A DNA stretch of 64,000 nt from Chloroflexota bacterium (GCA_963663275.1 OY760183.1:2976001-3040000); one strand, 5' to 3'. Counted from the first letter of the stretch, positions 38,302 through 48,551 are shown. Notes: a model not told the origin generated them from the sequence alone. Made by a program: numbers and translations.

Positions 38302-39102
38302 CTAGTCTACGGTGTAGCCTACGGCGGCGAAGGTGTTTTCCAGGAACGAGCGCGCGCGCGTGGCCTGGTGGTTGATGTCGTCCAGGGCCTCACCGCTCAA
38401 CGTCTCGACCGCGCACGGGCCGTTGAAGCCCGCCTCCTTGAGCGCGCCAAAGACCGCCGCAAAGTCCACCAAGCCGTCGCCGGCGGTCACCATCACGTCG
38501 CCTCGCTGGCCGCCAACCTCGTCCTTGATGCACATAGCGCCCACGATCGGCGCAATCTCGCGGATGTGCGCCAGCGGATCCTCACCGGCGTAGAAGAGCA
38601 GGTTGCCCGCGTCGTAGCAGATCTTGAAGTTCTGGTGATTCACCTTCTTCCACGATTCGATGGTGTCCCGCGTGGTGTTGCTCAGGCCGCCGTGCGGCTT
38701 GAGCGACAGCGAAATGCCCTTGTGCACCGCGTACTCGGCGGACTCGCGCATGATGGCGTAGTAGGTGTCGTACTGCTCCGGCTTGGACGCGCCGCCGGTC
38801 ATCACGTGACGCGCCCCGAGTTGCTCCGCGTAATCGAGTTGCCGGTTGAGCGCCGCCACGCCCTCCGCCACACTCGTCAACGGATAGGTGGCCATCATAA
38901 TCGAGAACGCGAGGCCGCCGTCCCGCACCGTCTGCTCGATTGCCGCCACCTCTGCCGGGGTGGAGTTGTAGTCGATGAGGCGCGTGGGCGCCATGCCCAT
39001 GGGGCCAAAGTACTTGAACCCGGCGGCGCGCATTCCCGCGACCGCGGCCTCGATGCCGTATTCCCGCCACGGGCGGGTGAAACATCCAAGCTTTATCTCC
39101 AT
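38302..39102 (-). CDS. Sugar phosphate isomerase/epimerase (xylose isomerase-like TIM barrel)
   Basis: KPHGG, YDAGN, IKD, GDGLVDF, GFNGPCAVE. Confidence 0.8.
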   Translation of the reverse strand: MEIKLGCFTRPWREYGIEAAVAGMRAAGFKYFGPMGMAPTRLIDYNSTPAEVAAIEQTVRDGGLAFSIMMATYPLTSVAEGVAALNRQLDYAEQLGARHVMTGGASKPEQYDTYYAIMRESAEYAVHKGISLSLKPHGGLSNTTRDTIESWKKVNHQNFKICYDAGNLLFYAGEDPLAHIREIAPIVGAMCIKDEVGGQRGDVMVTAGDGLVDFAAVFGALKEAGFNGPCAVETLSGEALDDINHQATRARSFLENTFAAVGYTVD

Positions 39103-39225
39103 AGCTGGCAACTCTCCTGGTTCTTCTGGCTACTTGAACGGGTCGGCTCTGAGTTAACGTTCTCTCCGCAATATTGCTTTCAGCGCAGACTTCGCTTTCA
39201 GCGCAGACTTCGCTTCCTGCGACGG

Positions 39226-40401
39226 CTACGCTTCCTGCGGCTGCGCGCCGGCCGGCCGCGCGGCGCTGGGCCGGAAGTCCGGTACCGTCAGCAGTGTTGA
39301 ATTCTGTTCGATGGATTCAGCCGCCAGAATAGCCGGCGCGGCGGTATCCATCGCCTGGTACACGTCGAACTCCAGCGGCCGCGTGCCGAGAACGGCGTCC
39401 CGGAAGGCCGCGTGCACGTAGTAGTCGGCGTCGCCGTGGCCGCTGCCCCGCGCTTCTGCCGGCGCGTCCGTGCGCTGGAACTGCCAATCCACCTCCGCCA
39501 TGTCGTGCATCTGGGCGGTTGCCAGCCACATCTTCGGCTTCTCGCGGTTAGAACGCCGCCACTCCACGGAGCCGCGCGTGCCCATGATCTGGTACCAGTG
39601 GTAGTCGCGCGGCGGCTGCGGCTGCGCAAAACTGGCCGCCAGCCGCAGAATGGCGTCCTTCTCCGTCTTCATCAAACTTACCTGCATGTCCGGCTGGGGT
39701 ATTACCGGATGCGAGTAGCTGGGCGCTTCCGTGCTCATGCCGGTGACCGACACCACCCGGTCGTCCAGCACGTAGAGCAGGGGACTGAGTTCGTGGGGCA
39801 GGTAGTGGATGCTCGGCATCAAGGCGCTCCAGGTAGGCTCAGCCTCCGGATGGTCGGGAACTTCCGTGGGGCCGTAGAACGTGCCGGTCTCCTTCTCCCA
39901 GAAGAACTGGGAGACGTAGTAGTGGAAGTACTGGCCTTCCACGAACGTCACGCGCCCCAGTTGCCCGGCCTGCACCATGTCGCGCCAGGCCTGCATCACG
40001 CCCATGTAGCGGGTCTGTTCGGCCAACTGGTAGACCTTGCCGGACGTTTCGGCGGCCACGACGATGCGCCAGCAGTCCTCGATGGAGTGCGCCGCCGGTA
40101 CTTCCGCGTTGACGTGCTTGCCGGCCTCCAGCGCCTGCGCAGCCAGCGCGCCCTGGCGCGGGCTGCGCACCGTGAGCGCGACGGCCTCGACGTTTGAGTC
40201 CGCGAGAAAGTCCTCATAGTCGGCGTACGCGGCGACGCCGTCGCTGTGCTCCACCGTGGCGAGCGCGCGCTCGTGGATGGCGGTGATGGGGTCGCAAAGC
40301 GCGACGATGCGGTAGCCCGGGACGCGCTGCAACAAGCGCATCCAGCTCAGCCCGCGCCCCCCCAGTCCGGCAACGCCAATCCGAATTTCGTCCACGTCCA
40401 C
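39226..40401 (-). CDS. Gfo/Idh/MocA oxidoreductase
   Basis: IGVAGLGGRG, ALEAGKHVNAEVP, GHGDAD. Confidence 0.88.
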   Translation of the reverse strand: MDVDEIRIGVAGLGGRGLSWMRLLQRVPGYRIVALCDPITAIHERALATVEHSDGVAAYADYEDFLADSNVEAVALTVRSPRQGALAAQALEAGKHVNAEVPAAHSIEDCWRIVVAAETSGKVYQLAEQTRYMGVMQAWRDMVQAGQLGRVTFVEGQYFHYYVSQFFWEKETGTFYGPTEVPDHPEAEPTWSALMPSIHYLPHELSPLLYVLDDRVVSVTGMSTEAPSYSHPVIPQPDMQVSLMKTEKDAILRLAASFAQPQPPRDYHWYQIMGTRGSVEWRRSNREKPKMWLATAQMHDMAEVDWQFQRTDAPAEARGSGHGDADYYVHAAFRDAVLGTRPLEFDVYQAMDTAAPAILAAESIEQNSTLLTVPDFRPSAARPAGAQPQEA

Positions 40402-40489
40402 GTCCTTTTCTGCCTTTGATGACTATGCCGCTCTTGCCGCGCCGCCACCCTGCCCTCGGTTACCTCTTGCCCGGCGCGCTTCCGTCCTT

Positions 40490-40712
40490 CCCGTTCGTGC
40501 TGTCCGTTTTGGCCCCAAACGGCTCCGTCCTTCCCGTTCGTGCTGAGCCTGTCGAAGTATGAACGGGAAGGGCGGAAGCGCCGCAACCGGCACTCCGTTT
40601 CACCCCGCCGCTCACCCTTGGACACGCTCAGAGCCTGCCCCGTACCAAGTACGGAGGCGAGCGGCCCGGCGCTCACTTCCCACAGCCCTTCGACAGGCTC
40701 AGGGCGAACGGC
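40490..40712. repeat. CCGTTCGTGCTGAGCCTGTCGAAG-family palindromic cluster
   Basis: Forward copy near 40534, inverted copy cccttcgacaggctcagggcgaacgg near 40686. Confidence 0.7.
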
Positions 40713-40763
40713 TGTACGCCCGCGCTCCGTAGCCCTTGTCAACCGAAATTTCCATTCCCACCT

Positions 40764-41585
40764 TTACGTCGTCTCCGCGCCCACCGCCGCGCCCGTTCGC
40801 AACGGCTGCGCCGCGGCCAGAAACTCGTCAGACGTTATCGTGCCCGCGATGTCCCGCAACTCGTAGTCGTGGATCGCCATGTTCGTGCACAACAAACCTT
40901 CGATTGTTTCGCCCGTTTCGATGCCGGTGGTGCAGTCGCGCAGCAGGATGAGGCCGTAGCCGCGCTCGCGCATGGCCAACATGCCGTAGTCGCGGTGCGG
41001 CACGCAGAGATTGGTGGCAAAACCCACGTAGAAGAGATAGAGAATCTTGCGGTGCGCGCACAGCCGGTGAAGTTGATGGCCGTTGGCGATGATGAAGTCG
41101 TCCGGCTGGGGAAAGACCGAACGGTCGATGTACCGGTCCTCATTTATTTGATCGATTTCCTCCGCCCAGGTCCCGGTGCGGTCCGCGCGCAACCGCGCCC
41201 ACTCTCCCCGGCGCTTGGCAAAGTCCTCCGGCGGCCAGGCGGGCGCGGCCTGCGGCTGCGGCGCCAGTTCGCTATCGCCGGCGTAGCGCAGCCACTGGGG
41301 AAACTTCTGCGCCACGCTGGGCGAGGGCGCGTGAATCACCGTTATGCCAATCTCGCGGCAGGCGTCCAGCACCGGCCGGATGCGCTCGCGGCAGATCTGC
41401 CCCGTCCGCTCCACGTGGCTCGCCGTGATGTGTATGTCCCAGCAATCGACCAGGACGATGCCGGCCTGCTCCGGCGGAACCTGGAACGCCGTGTGGCGGT
41501 AGCCAAAGTGCTCTTCGCGAAACGGGAGGTCCGGCGCGCTCGGTTCGTGGACGATGTGCCGCGTGGAAATTGCCAATGCCGCCAT
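40764..41585 (-). CDS. Isochorismatase-like cysteine hydrolase
   Basis: VLVDCW, VIHAPS, YVGFATNLCV, LLRDCT. Confidence 0.75.
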   Translation of the reverse strand: MAALAISTRHIVHEPSAPDLPFREEHFGYRHTAFQVPPEQAGIVLVDCWDIHITASHVERTGQICRERIRPVLDACREIGITVIHAPSPSVAQKFPQWLRYAGDSELAPQPQAAPAWPPEDFAKRRGEWARLRADRTGTWAEEIDQINEDRYIDRSVFPQPDDFIIANGHQLHRLCAHRKILYLFYVGFATNLCVPHRDYGMLAMRERGYGLILLRDCTTGIETGETIEGLLCTNMAIHDYELRDIAGTITSDEFLAAAQPLRTGAAVGAETT

Positions 41586-42016
41586 GCCGCTTTCTCCCGG
41601 AGTGCTGCGCCGCTGCCGCCAACCGCGCGGCGAGAAGCGCCCGCGCTTACCAAGACTATGGTGCAGCAGACACTACGTTGTCAAGCAATGCCCGCCGCCG
41701 CGCGCCTTCTCCTCACCCAAATGGCGCCGCACTTAACGCGATAAGCATGAAAACTACGCCCGTTTCTCCGGTAGCGCAGGTTTGCAACCTGCTTCTTTAT
41801 TCTTACACCGGGTCAATCTCGTTCCTCCGGTAGCGCAGGTTTGCAACCTGCGTCCTCCGCAGGGTCTACCTCGTTCCTCCGGTAGCGCAGGTCTGTAACC
41901 TGCGTCCTCAATAGGGTCTGTTTCGTCTTTCCGGTAGCGCAGGTTTGTAGCCTGCGTCTTCCGCAGGGCCAGTCCGTTCCGCTAGCGTTCTGCTTGTTCC
42001 GGCGGGGGACAAGCCC

Positions 42017-43210
42017 CAATGCTGTCGCATTAACCGCTGAAGCGGAGTGCGCGGGGCAAGGAAGCGGCAAGCGTTCGCAGCCAGGAGACGCGAGTGCTGC
42101 TAGCTGGACGTAGTTCCTCCAAGAGCTGTGCGAGCACGGCCACGATGCTGGCGACCACCAAGGTGAGCCAGACGGCGGCACGGCTGTATCCAATGGGGCG
42201 GATTGCGCCCAACACATGCTTCAGCCAGCGAAAGAACAACTCGATCTGCCAGCGCTTGCGGTAGAGCCACACCACCTCTGGAGCGCTCAGGTCGTGACGG
42301 TCGGTGATGAAGTGGTGCGTTTTCCCCTGCGCCGTGCGGCTGACCACCAGGCGCATCTCTGCTAAGACCGCGCCGTTGCGGTTGTTGGCGCTGCCCAGCA
42401 CGATCACCGCGTCCCGCACCACCACGTCTCCTGCCGGCGTGCGCGCGCCGGTCACGGCACGCTCGCGCACCACGCAGTAGGCAGCCTGCGGGTGCAGGCG
42501 CGTCACGAAGTGCACACCTGCCTCCCGCATCTGCGCAAAGACCCGATGCGCGTAGTAGCCCAAGTCTAGCAAGAGCGTCCAGCCCTGCCACCGCGCCAGA
42601 TCCCAACGCTTGAACGCCGTCACGTCATTCGCGTCCGCCAACGTCACCTGTAACCGCGTCGGCACCTGTGTGTCCACGGCATATGCCATCTGCAGCCGTA
42701 CTCCCGCCTCATGCCCTTGGTGCACGCTCCACGGACTACACGCCGCGCTCAGCGCCAGAAAACTGCCGTCCACCGCCACCACCCGCCGTACGTGCGCCGG
42801 CCCACGTGCTTGCACCTGCCGCGCCAACACCTCCCACGCCGCCGTAAAACACGCCAACGGCCGCGTCTGGGATGAACGTGCCAACTGACTGTAACTTATG
42901 CCCGACGCTAAACCCAACCGCCGTCGCCACACCACATCACCCATCTGCAGCCCATGGCTTTGCCGCAGGCTCCCACTCCCACTCAGCACGTGACCAAGCA
43001 GCATCCCCACATGCGCTCGCACCGAAAAATGCTTGCGATAGCGATCCGCTCCCCTCACCCGTGCTGCCGCCGTCAGCGCCGGCTCCAACTCACGCCATAG
43101 CCGCCGTCCTACTCCTACCGTCTGTGCTACCATTAGCCAAGGCTCCTTTGTAAGATATATCGCTCATTACCTTACTAAAGTAGCCCCTTCACTTTAATGC
43201 GACAACATTG
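42017..43210 (-). mobile_element. Complete IS4-family insertion sequence (1194 bp)
   Basis: TIRs caatgctgtcgcattaa / ttaatgcgacaacattg (16 of 17 match); 11-bp target duplication gggacaagccc (42006-42016, 43211-43221). Confidence 0.92.
42030..43133 (-). CDS. IS4-family DDE transposase
   Basis: VAVDGS, LLDLGY, YRKRWQIELFFRWLK (YREK motif); stop codon lies inside the TIR. Confidence 0.93.
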   Translation of the reverse strand: MVAQTVGVGRRLWRELEPALTAAARVRGADRYRKHFSVRAHVGMLLGHVLSGSGSLRQSHGLQMGDVVWRRRLGLASGISYSQLARSSQTRPLACFTAAWEVLARQVQARGPAHVRRVVAVDGSFLALSAACSPWSVHQGHEAGVRLQMAYAVDTQVPTRLQVTLADANDVTAFKRWDLARWQGWTLLLDLGYYAHRVFAQMREAGVHFVTRLHPQAAYCVVRERAVTGARTPAGDVVVRDAVIVLGSANNRNGAVLAEMRLVVSRTAQGKTHHFITDRHDLSAPEVVWLYRKRWQIELFFRWLKHVLGAIRPIGYSRAAVWLTLVVASIVAVLAQLLEELRPASSTRVSWLRTLAASLPRALRFSG

Positions 43211-43253
43211 GGGACAAGCCCCCGCGCTACGTTAACGCGACAGCATTGTCCCC

Positions 43254-43392
43254 CCTCACCCTAACCCTCTCCCCCAGGAGAGGGAACCGGAGGCGAACTT
43301 TGCTCACTCTCTCGTGGGGAGAGGGTACCGGAGGCGCTCTTTCTTGCCCCCTCTCCACAGTCTCCTGGGGAGAGGGCCGGGGTGAGGGGAGG
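43254..43392. repeat. CCCTCACCC/GGGAGAGGG palindromic repeat cluster
   Basis: cctcaccctaaccctctccccc ... ggggagagggccggggtgagggg. Confidence 0.7.
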
Positions 43393-43502
43393 GACGCCTC
43401 TCAGCGGTCTGTTTCGTCTCTCATCTGGAGAGCGTTTCCTCGCGCTCCCGGCGACAATCTCAAAGGGCTGGCTGATGGATTTTGGGTTTGGGTCTAAACC
43501 CC

Positions 43503-46085
43503 TTACTCCCGCGCCTTTTGCTTCAGTTCGTACAGCGCGCTGATGGCCTCCAGGGGAGTCATAGCGTCCACGTCCAGGTCGCGCAGCGCCGCCAGGGCCG
43601 GATGGGGGCCGCTGAAGAGCGGCATTTGGCCGGCGCCGTCCTGGCGTGGGGCCGGCGCCGGTTCGCCGCGCAGTTGCCGTTCCTCCAGTTCGTGCAGCAC
43701 CTGTTCCGCCCGCCGCAGCACCGGGCGCGGCAGGCCGGCCAGCTTAGCCACGTTGACGCCGTACGACCGGTCCGCGCCGCCCGGCGCCACCTTGTGCAGA
43801 AAGACCACGTTTCCCCGCTCTTCCAGCACGTCCACCCGGGAGTTCTTCACCCGGGGCAGCGTGCCTTCCAGTTCGGCCAGTTCGTGGAAGTGAGTGGCAA
43901 AGAGCGTCTTGCAGCGCAGGCCCGCGTGGTTGTGCAGGTATTCCAGCACGGCGCGGGCGATGGCCAGGCCGTCGTAGGTGCTGGTGCCGCGCCCCACCTC
44001 GTCGAAGACCACCAGCGAGCGCGGCGTCGCGTGGGTGAGGATGTAGCTCGTCTCCGTCATCTCCACCATGAAGGTGCTCGCGCCGGCCGCGATTTCGTCC
44101 TGCGCCCCCACCCGCGTGAAGATGCGGTCCACGATGCCGACGCGCGCCGACCGCGCCGCGACAAAGCTGCCCACCTGCGCCATCAGCACGGTGAGCGCCA
44201 CCTGGCGCAAGTACGTAGACTTGCCGGCCATGTTCGGCCCGGTGAGCACCACGATCTGTTGCTCCGCGTCCAGCCGCGCGTCGTTGGGAATGAAGGGCGC
44301 GCCCTCCAACGCCGCTTCCACCACCGGATGGCGGCCCTCGCTGATCTCGATGCAATCCCCCTCGTCCACCACCGGCCGCGCGTAGTTGCGGCGGGCGGCC
44401 GCCCTAGCGAACGCGGCCAGCACGTCCAGCGCGGCGAGGCCCTGCGCCAGCGCGCGCAAGCGCCGCTCTTCCGCCGCCACGCTCTCCACGATGCCCTCGA
44501 AGATCCGCTGCTCCAGGGCGCTCAGTTCTTCTTCCGCGTTCAGTATCAGCGATTCGGCGTCCTGCAACTCCGTGGTGCTGTAACGCTCGCCCGTGGTCAG
44601 GGTCTGCTTGCGCATGTAGCGTTCCGGCACGCTGTCCAGCGCGCCTTTGCTGACCTCCAGGTAGTAGCCGTAGACCTTGTTGTGGCCCACCCGGAGATTC
44701 TTGATGCCGGTGGCGTGCCGCTCCTTGGCCTCGAGATTCGCGATGAACGCCCGCGCTTCTTGCGCGCGCCGCGCCAGTTCGTCCAGTTCCGCGCTGTATC
44801 CCGGCTTGATTGGCGCTTCTCCCGGTTCCGCGCCAATGGCAGCGTCGAGCAGCGCCGCCACTTCCGGGGCCGGATCGAGCCGGTCGGCGCGCTCGTGGAT
44901 AGGCGGAGCCGTCGATGCGCGCAGCAGTTCTTCAATTGTTGCCGCCGCCTCCAGCGACCGGCCCAAGCGCGCCAGGTCCTGCGGCGTGGCCAGACGCTGC
45001 GCGGCGCGGTGGGCCAGCCGCTCCACGTCGGCCAACTTCCCCAGTTGCTCGCGCAGCCGCTCCAGCACAACCCGGTCCTGCGTCAAGGCTTCGACCGTCT
45101 CCAGGCGCGCCTCGATGGCGGCCACGTCCACCAGGGGCTGCGTCAGCCACTGGCGCAGCAGGCGGCCGCCCATCGCGCTGCGCGTCTCATCCAACACGCC
45201 CAGCAGCGAACCCTCTTCCTGTTGCGTGCGGCTGTTGCGCACGATTTCCAGGTTGCGCAGCGTGGCGGGATCCAGGCCCATGAAGGAGTCGAGGGAGTAG
45301 GTGCGCAGACCGTCCAAACTGCCGAGGAACGACTTCTGGGTCTCTTCCAGATAGGCCAGCAGCCCGCCGGCGGCGCGGGTCGCCAGCGGCAGATCGGCGC
45401 AGCCAAAGCCGTCCAGCGTGGCGACGCCGAGCACCCGCAGCAGCGTGCTCGTCGCTTCCTGCAAATCGAAGTGCCACGCGGCATAGGACATCTGCGAAAC
45501 AGCCGTCGTCTGAGGCTGGGCAGGCAGTTCCAGCGTCGCGCCTTCGGGGAGAACGCACTCCGCCGGTTGCAGACGCCCCAATTCAGCGGCCAGGACGGCC
45601 TCGGCATCCTCCCGGATCTCGGTCGCGGCGAACTCGCCCGTGCTCACGTCCGCATACGCCAGTCCGACGCGCTTCTTGGCCCGCACGACTGCCGCGACGT
45701 AGGTGTGCTCTTTGGCCGCCAGCAGATCGGGGTCGACGATCGTGCCCGGCGTAGCCACGCGCACCACCGCGCGCTCCACCAGTCCGTGCCCCGGCTCCGA
45801 GACCTGTTCGCAGATCGCGACGCGGTGCCCCGCCGCCAGCAATTGTCCCAGATACCGTTCTGCGGCGTGGGCGGGCACGCCGCACATGGGCATCTTCTCG
45901 CGCTTGCCGAATTCCCGGGCCGTGAGGACGATCTGCAAGGTCTCGGCAGCCACCTTGGCGTCATCCCCGAACAGTTCGTAGAAGTCGCCGAGGCGAAAGA
46001 ACAGCAAGGCATCCGGGTAATTGCCCTTGATGCGGTAGTACTGCTCTTGAATCGGCGTCAGGCCGCGGGCAGAGGACTTTGGCAT
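43503..46085 (-). CDS. mutS: DNA mismatch repair protein MutS
   Basis: FRLGDFYELF, TGPNMAGKSTYLRQ, STFMVEM, DEVGRGTST, SYGVNVAKLAG. Confidence 0.97.
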   Translation of the reverse strand: MPKSSARGLTPIQEQYYRIKGNYPDALLFFRLGDFYELFGDDAKVAAETLQIVLTAREFGKREKMPMCGVPAHAAERYLGQLLAAGHRVAICEQVSEPGHGLVERAVVRVATPGTIVDPDLLAAKEHTYVAAVVRAKKRVGLAYADVSTGEFAATEIREDAEAVLAAELGRLQPAECVLPEGATLELPAQPQTTAVSQMSYAAWHFDLQEATSTLLRVLGVATLDGFGCADLPLATRAAGGLLAYLEETQKSFLGSLDGLRTYSLDSFMGLDPATLRNLEIVRNSRTQQEEGSLLGVLDETRSAMGGRLLRQWLTQPLVDVAAIEARLETVEALTQDRVVLERLREQLGKLADVERLAHRAAQRLATPQDLARLGRSLEAAATIEELLRASTAPPIHERADRLDPAPEVAALLDAAIGAEPGEAPIKPGYSAELDELARRAQEARAFIANLEAKERHATGIKNLRVGHNKVYGYYLEVSKGALDSVPERYMRKQTLTTGERYSTTELQDAESLILNAEEELSALEQRIFEGIVESVAAEERRLRALAQGLAALDVLAAFARAAARRNYARPVVDEGDCIEISEGRHPVVEAALEGAPFIPNDARLDAEQQIVVLTGPNMAGKSTYLRQVALTVLMAQVGSFVAARSARVGIVDRIFTRVGAQDEIAAGASTFMVEMTETSYILTHATPRSLVVFDEVGRGTSTYDGLAIARAVLEYLHNHAGLRCKTLFATHFHELAELEGTLPRVKNSRVDVLEERGNVVFLHKVAPGGADRSYGVNVAKLAGLPRPVLRRAEQVLHELEERQLRGEPAPAPRQDGAGQMPLFSGPHPALAALRDLDVDAMTPLEAISALYELKQKARE

Positions 46086-46229
46086 CGAGACGCTGCTCTC
46101 CGGCGCGGGACGTTCGTCAACCCCGGCATTGGGAAATGGGATGGCCTTGCCACCATTCTAGGGAGGGCGATAGGCGCGTTCAAGCAGCGCCGGGTTTTCT
46201 GCTCCGGAGGGCGTCCAAGAGAGAGTAAC

Positions 46230-46525
46230 CGTCCATCCTTCGACAGGCTCAGGACGAACGGTTACTCTCTCTTGGACTTCCACAGTCTCAGGGTAAGTGG
46301 ATACTTTGTCTGGGACTTCCACGGGGCGACGTTTGGGTGAGAGTAAATGCCGTTCGCGCTGAGCCTGTCGAAGCGGAAGTGTCGGCAGGAAACAACCACC
46401 GTTCGCGCTGAGCCTGTCGAAGCGGGAATGTCGGCAGGAAGCAGCAACCGTTCGCGCTGAGCCCGTCGAAGCGGGAACGTCGGCAGGAAGCAGCAACCGT
46501 TCGCGCCGAGCCTGTCGAAGCGGGA
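46230..46525. repeat. CCGTTCGCGCTGAGCCTGTCGAAGCG repeats: one inverted plus four tandem copies (49-bp period)
   Basis: Tandem units from about 46350 with near-identical linkers ggaa(t/c)gtcggcaggaagcagcaa. Confidence 0.85.
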
Positions 46526-46548
46526 ATGGTTACTTGGTAAGGCGGGTG

Positions 46549-47601
46549 CTATGCGTCTTCGAGTATCCCCGGCCAGCGGTTGACGAACGCGAGCATCAGC
46601 GCGCTCAGGTTCGTCAACGAGTCGAGGTGGACCATCTCGAAGCCGTGGGTGTTCTCGCAGGGGAAGGCGAGCGCCGCGATGCGGCCGATGGCGGCTACCT
46701 TGCGGGCAATGGAGGCGTTCGTGCCGTAGGATTCGAAAGCGCCGTGCTGAATATCGAGACCGAGTTCTCCGGCGAGAGCGGCAAAGCGCCGCAAGAGCCT
46801 CTCGTCGTAGACGTTGTAGGCGTCCTTATAGACCAGCACCGGCGCGCCGCCGGCCTGTATGCCGTACTCTTTCGCCACCGGCGCAATCTCCAGCGCGATG
46901 TACGTATCGCCGGGCAGCGTGCGCGCCGCGTACGGCCCGCCGCCGCCGGCGTTTTCTTCCGTGCTGGAAAACACCAGGTACACGTCCTGCGGCGGCGGGC
47001 TCTCGGCCAGCGAGGAAGCCAGAGAAAGGAGAATCGCCACCGCGCCCTTGTCGTCCAGCGCATACGTGCCTACGTAGCCGCCGAGGCGCACTGGCCGCTT
47101 GCGCTCCCGCGCGACGACCGCCTTGCAGCCGGGGTGGACGCCCCGCGCCAGCAGCGCATGTTTGCCGAGTTTGGCGTCGAGGTAGCAGTCGGACCACTTC
47201 AGCGAGCGGCCGCCCTCGGCGCGGACGGCGTGGATGGGGCTTTCTTCCGTCACGTGCATCGCGCCAAAGCAGAGCACGGCGGGCACCGTGCCCTCGTCCC
47301 CCAGAATGTCCATGGGGCCTTCGCCGTACTTCCACGGGTACGTGCCGCCCAGGGTCGCCACGCGAATCTTGCCGTCGTCCTCGATGCGCTTGATGACGAG
47401 GCCGAGCTCGTCTTTGTGGGCGTCCAGGATCAACGGGCAGTCGCTGGCCGCGCCCGCGACCTTGGCGATGACGTTGCCGGCCGGGTCGTGCCACACGTCC
47501 CACGGCAGCGGCTCGAGGCGCTTGCGGAGCACCTCGTCGATCTCCCGCTCGTTGCCGACGGGAGAATGGGCCGCTGTCAATTCCGCGATGAGGTCGAACA
47601 T
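46549..47601 (-). CDS. M42-family metallopeptidase/aminopeptidase
   Basis: PVGNERE, AHKDELG, ALDDK, STEE, THGFE metal ligands; the ORF-track N-terminal extension is translated REP array. Confidence 0.85.
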   Translation of the reverse strand: MFDLIAELTAAHSPVGNEREIDEVLRKRLEPLPWDVWHDPAGNVIAKVAGAASDCPLILDAHKDELGLVIKRIEDDGKIRVATLGGTYPWKYGEGPMDILGDEGTVPAVLCFGAMHVTEESPIHAVRAEGGRSLKWSDCYLDAKLGKHALLARGVHPGCKAVVARERKRPVRLGGYVGTYALDDKGAVAILLSLASSLAESPPPQDVYLVFSSTEENAGGGGPYAARTLPGDTYIALEIAPVAKEYGIQAGGAPVLVYKDAYNVYDERLLRRFAALAGELGLDIQHGAFESYGTNASIARKVAAIGRIAALAFPCENTHGFEMVHLDSLTNLSALMLAFVNRWPGILEDA

Positions 47602-47680
47602 TGGGCGTCTCGTGCGCTCTGCGCTACCATCCCATGACCGGGGCTTCTTCCCCTCCACCCTCCTGGCGCGCCACCACCCC

Positions 47681-47885
47681 CGTAGCGCGGGGGCTTGTCC
47701 CCCGCCTCCCGCGCGCCTCCATCCCCGTAGCGCGGGGGCTTGTCCCCCGCCGCCTGCGCGCCACCACCCCCGTAGCGCGGGGGCTTGTCCCCCGCCGCCC
47801 ACGCGTCTCCGTCCCCGTAGCGCGGGGGCTTGTCCCCCGCCGCCTGCGCGCCTCCGTCCCCGTAGCGCGGGGGCTTGTCCCCCGC
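47681..47885 (+). repeat. Tandem array of 5 REP-A copies, 45-bp period
   Basis: cgtagcgcgggggcttgtcccccgc at 47681, 47726, 47771, 47816, 47861. Confidence 0.9.
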
Positions 47886-47927
47886 CTCTTGGCGCAAATG
47901 GAAAACGCAATCCTGAACCGGGCCGCG

Positions 47928-48551
47928 CTAGAACAACGGCAACTTCACCGTGATGAACCGCCGGTGAATGCTGCCCAGCGCGTGCGCCGGGATGCGGTTC
48001 TCCGCCCGGTCGTTCGTCAACGCGCCGGCCACTTTCAAACTCAGGAGTTTATGCGTGAACGGGTCCACGCGCATCTCGTCCCAGTGCCCCACCTTGCCGT
48101 AGACGTCCCTTACGAACGTATTGCCGTCCAGTTCGGCGTCGGGCACGAAAGTATCCGGCAGAGCGGCGGCCGCCGCGTCCAAGCCGCCGTCGGCGCGGGC
48201 GCGCAGCGCCAGCGGCACCCCCGCGATCGAGTCCGCATCGGGAAAAGCCGCCAGCGTCTCGCGCAAGGCCGAGCGGCCGAGCGCCAGCGTCATCGCCTTG
48301 CCGGAAACGCCGCGCACCAGCGTCAGCGGGACCTGCACGCGCACGATGCCCGCCGCGGCCGTGGAGGGCATGGTCGCCCGCCCCTCACGCACCGCGGCCA
48401 CCTCGATCGGCGCGGCAACGACCAGATCCGGCTCGAGGAACAACACTATCGCCTTGACGCTCCGCGAGAGCGGATCGACGACGATGCCGCCAAGCGCGCC
48501 CAGCGCCTCCCCGTCTTCAGCCGAAATTGGCGCGCCCAGCGCTAGATCCAT
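47928..48551 (-). CDS. PRC-barrel domain protein
   Basis: LGAPISAEDGEALGALGGIVVDP and a second VRDVYGKVG..EMRVDP unit. Confidence 0.6.
   Translation of the reverse strand: MDLALGAPISAEDGEALGALGGIVVDPLSRSVKAIVLFLEPDLVVAAPIEVAAVREGRATMPSTAAAGIVRVQVPLTLVRGVSGKAMTLALGRSALRETLAAFPDADSIAGVPLALRARADGGLDAAAAALPDTFVPDAELDGNTFVRDVYGKVGHWDEMRVDPFTHKLLSLKVAGALTNDRAENRIPAHALGSIHRRFITVKLPLF

Larger units (their letters stand above)
41719..43248. mobile_element. Expanded MITE family A hosting the IS4 element in its internal REP
   Basis: Left end aaatggcgccgcacttaa...atgaaaactacgc matches the 24309 copy; four tandem GTAGCGCAGGTTTGCAACCTGC-type units; right end gttaacgcgacagcattg. Confidence 0.7.

Noticed and set aside
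43482-46340. 952-aa plus-strand ORF, and similar long antisense ORFs at 3407-4786, 35272-36945, 53405-54763, 58338-60077
   Set aside because: Antisense shadows of real genes caused by high-GC codon bias; no recognisable motifs
46350-46525. Possible CRISPR array
   Set aside because: Linkers nearly identical; repeat family also occurs as inverted pairs elsewhere
47681-47885. Possible CRISPR array
   Set aside because: About 20-bp spacers are variants of one sequence; same dispersed REP
47602-47910. Repetitive N-terminal extension (GGGGQAPALRG) on the M42 peptidase
   Set aside because: Translation of the 45-bp REP array; recognisable peptidase starts at MFDLIAE
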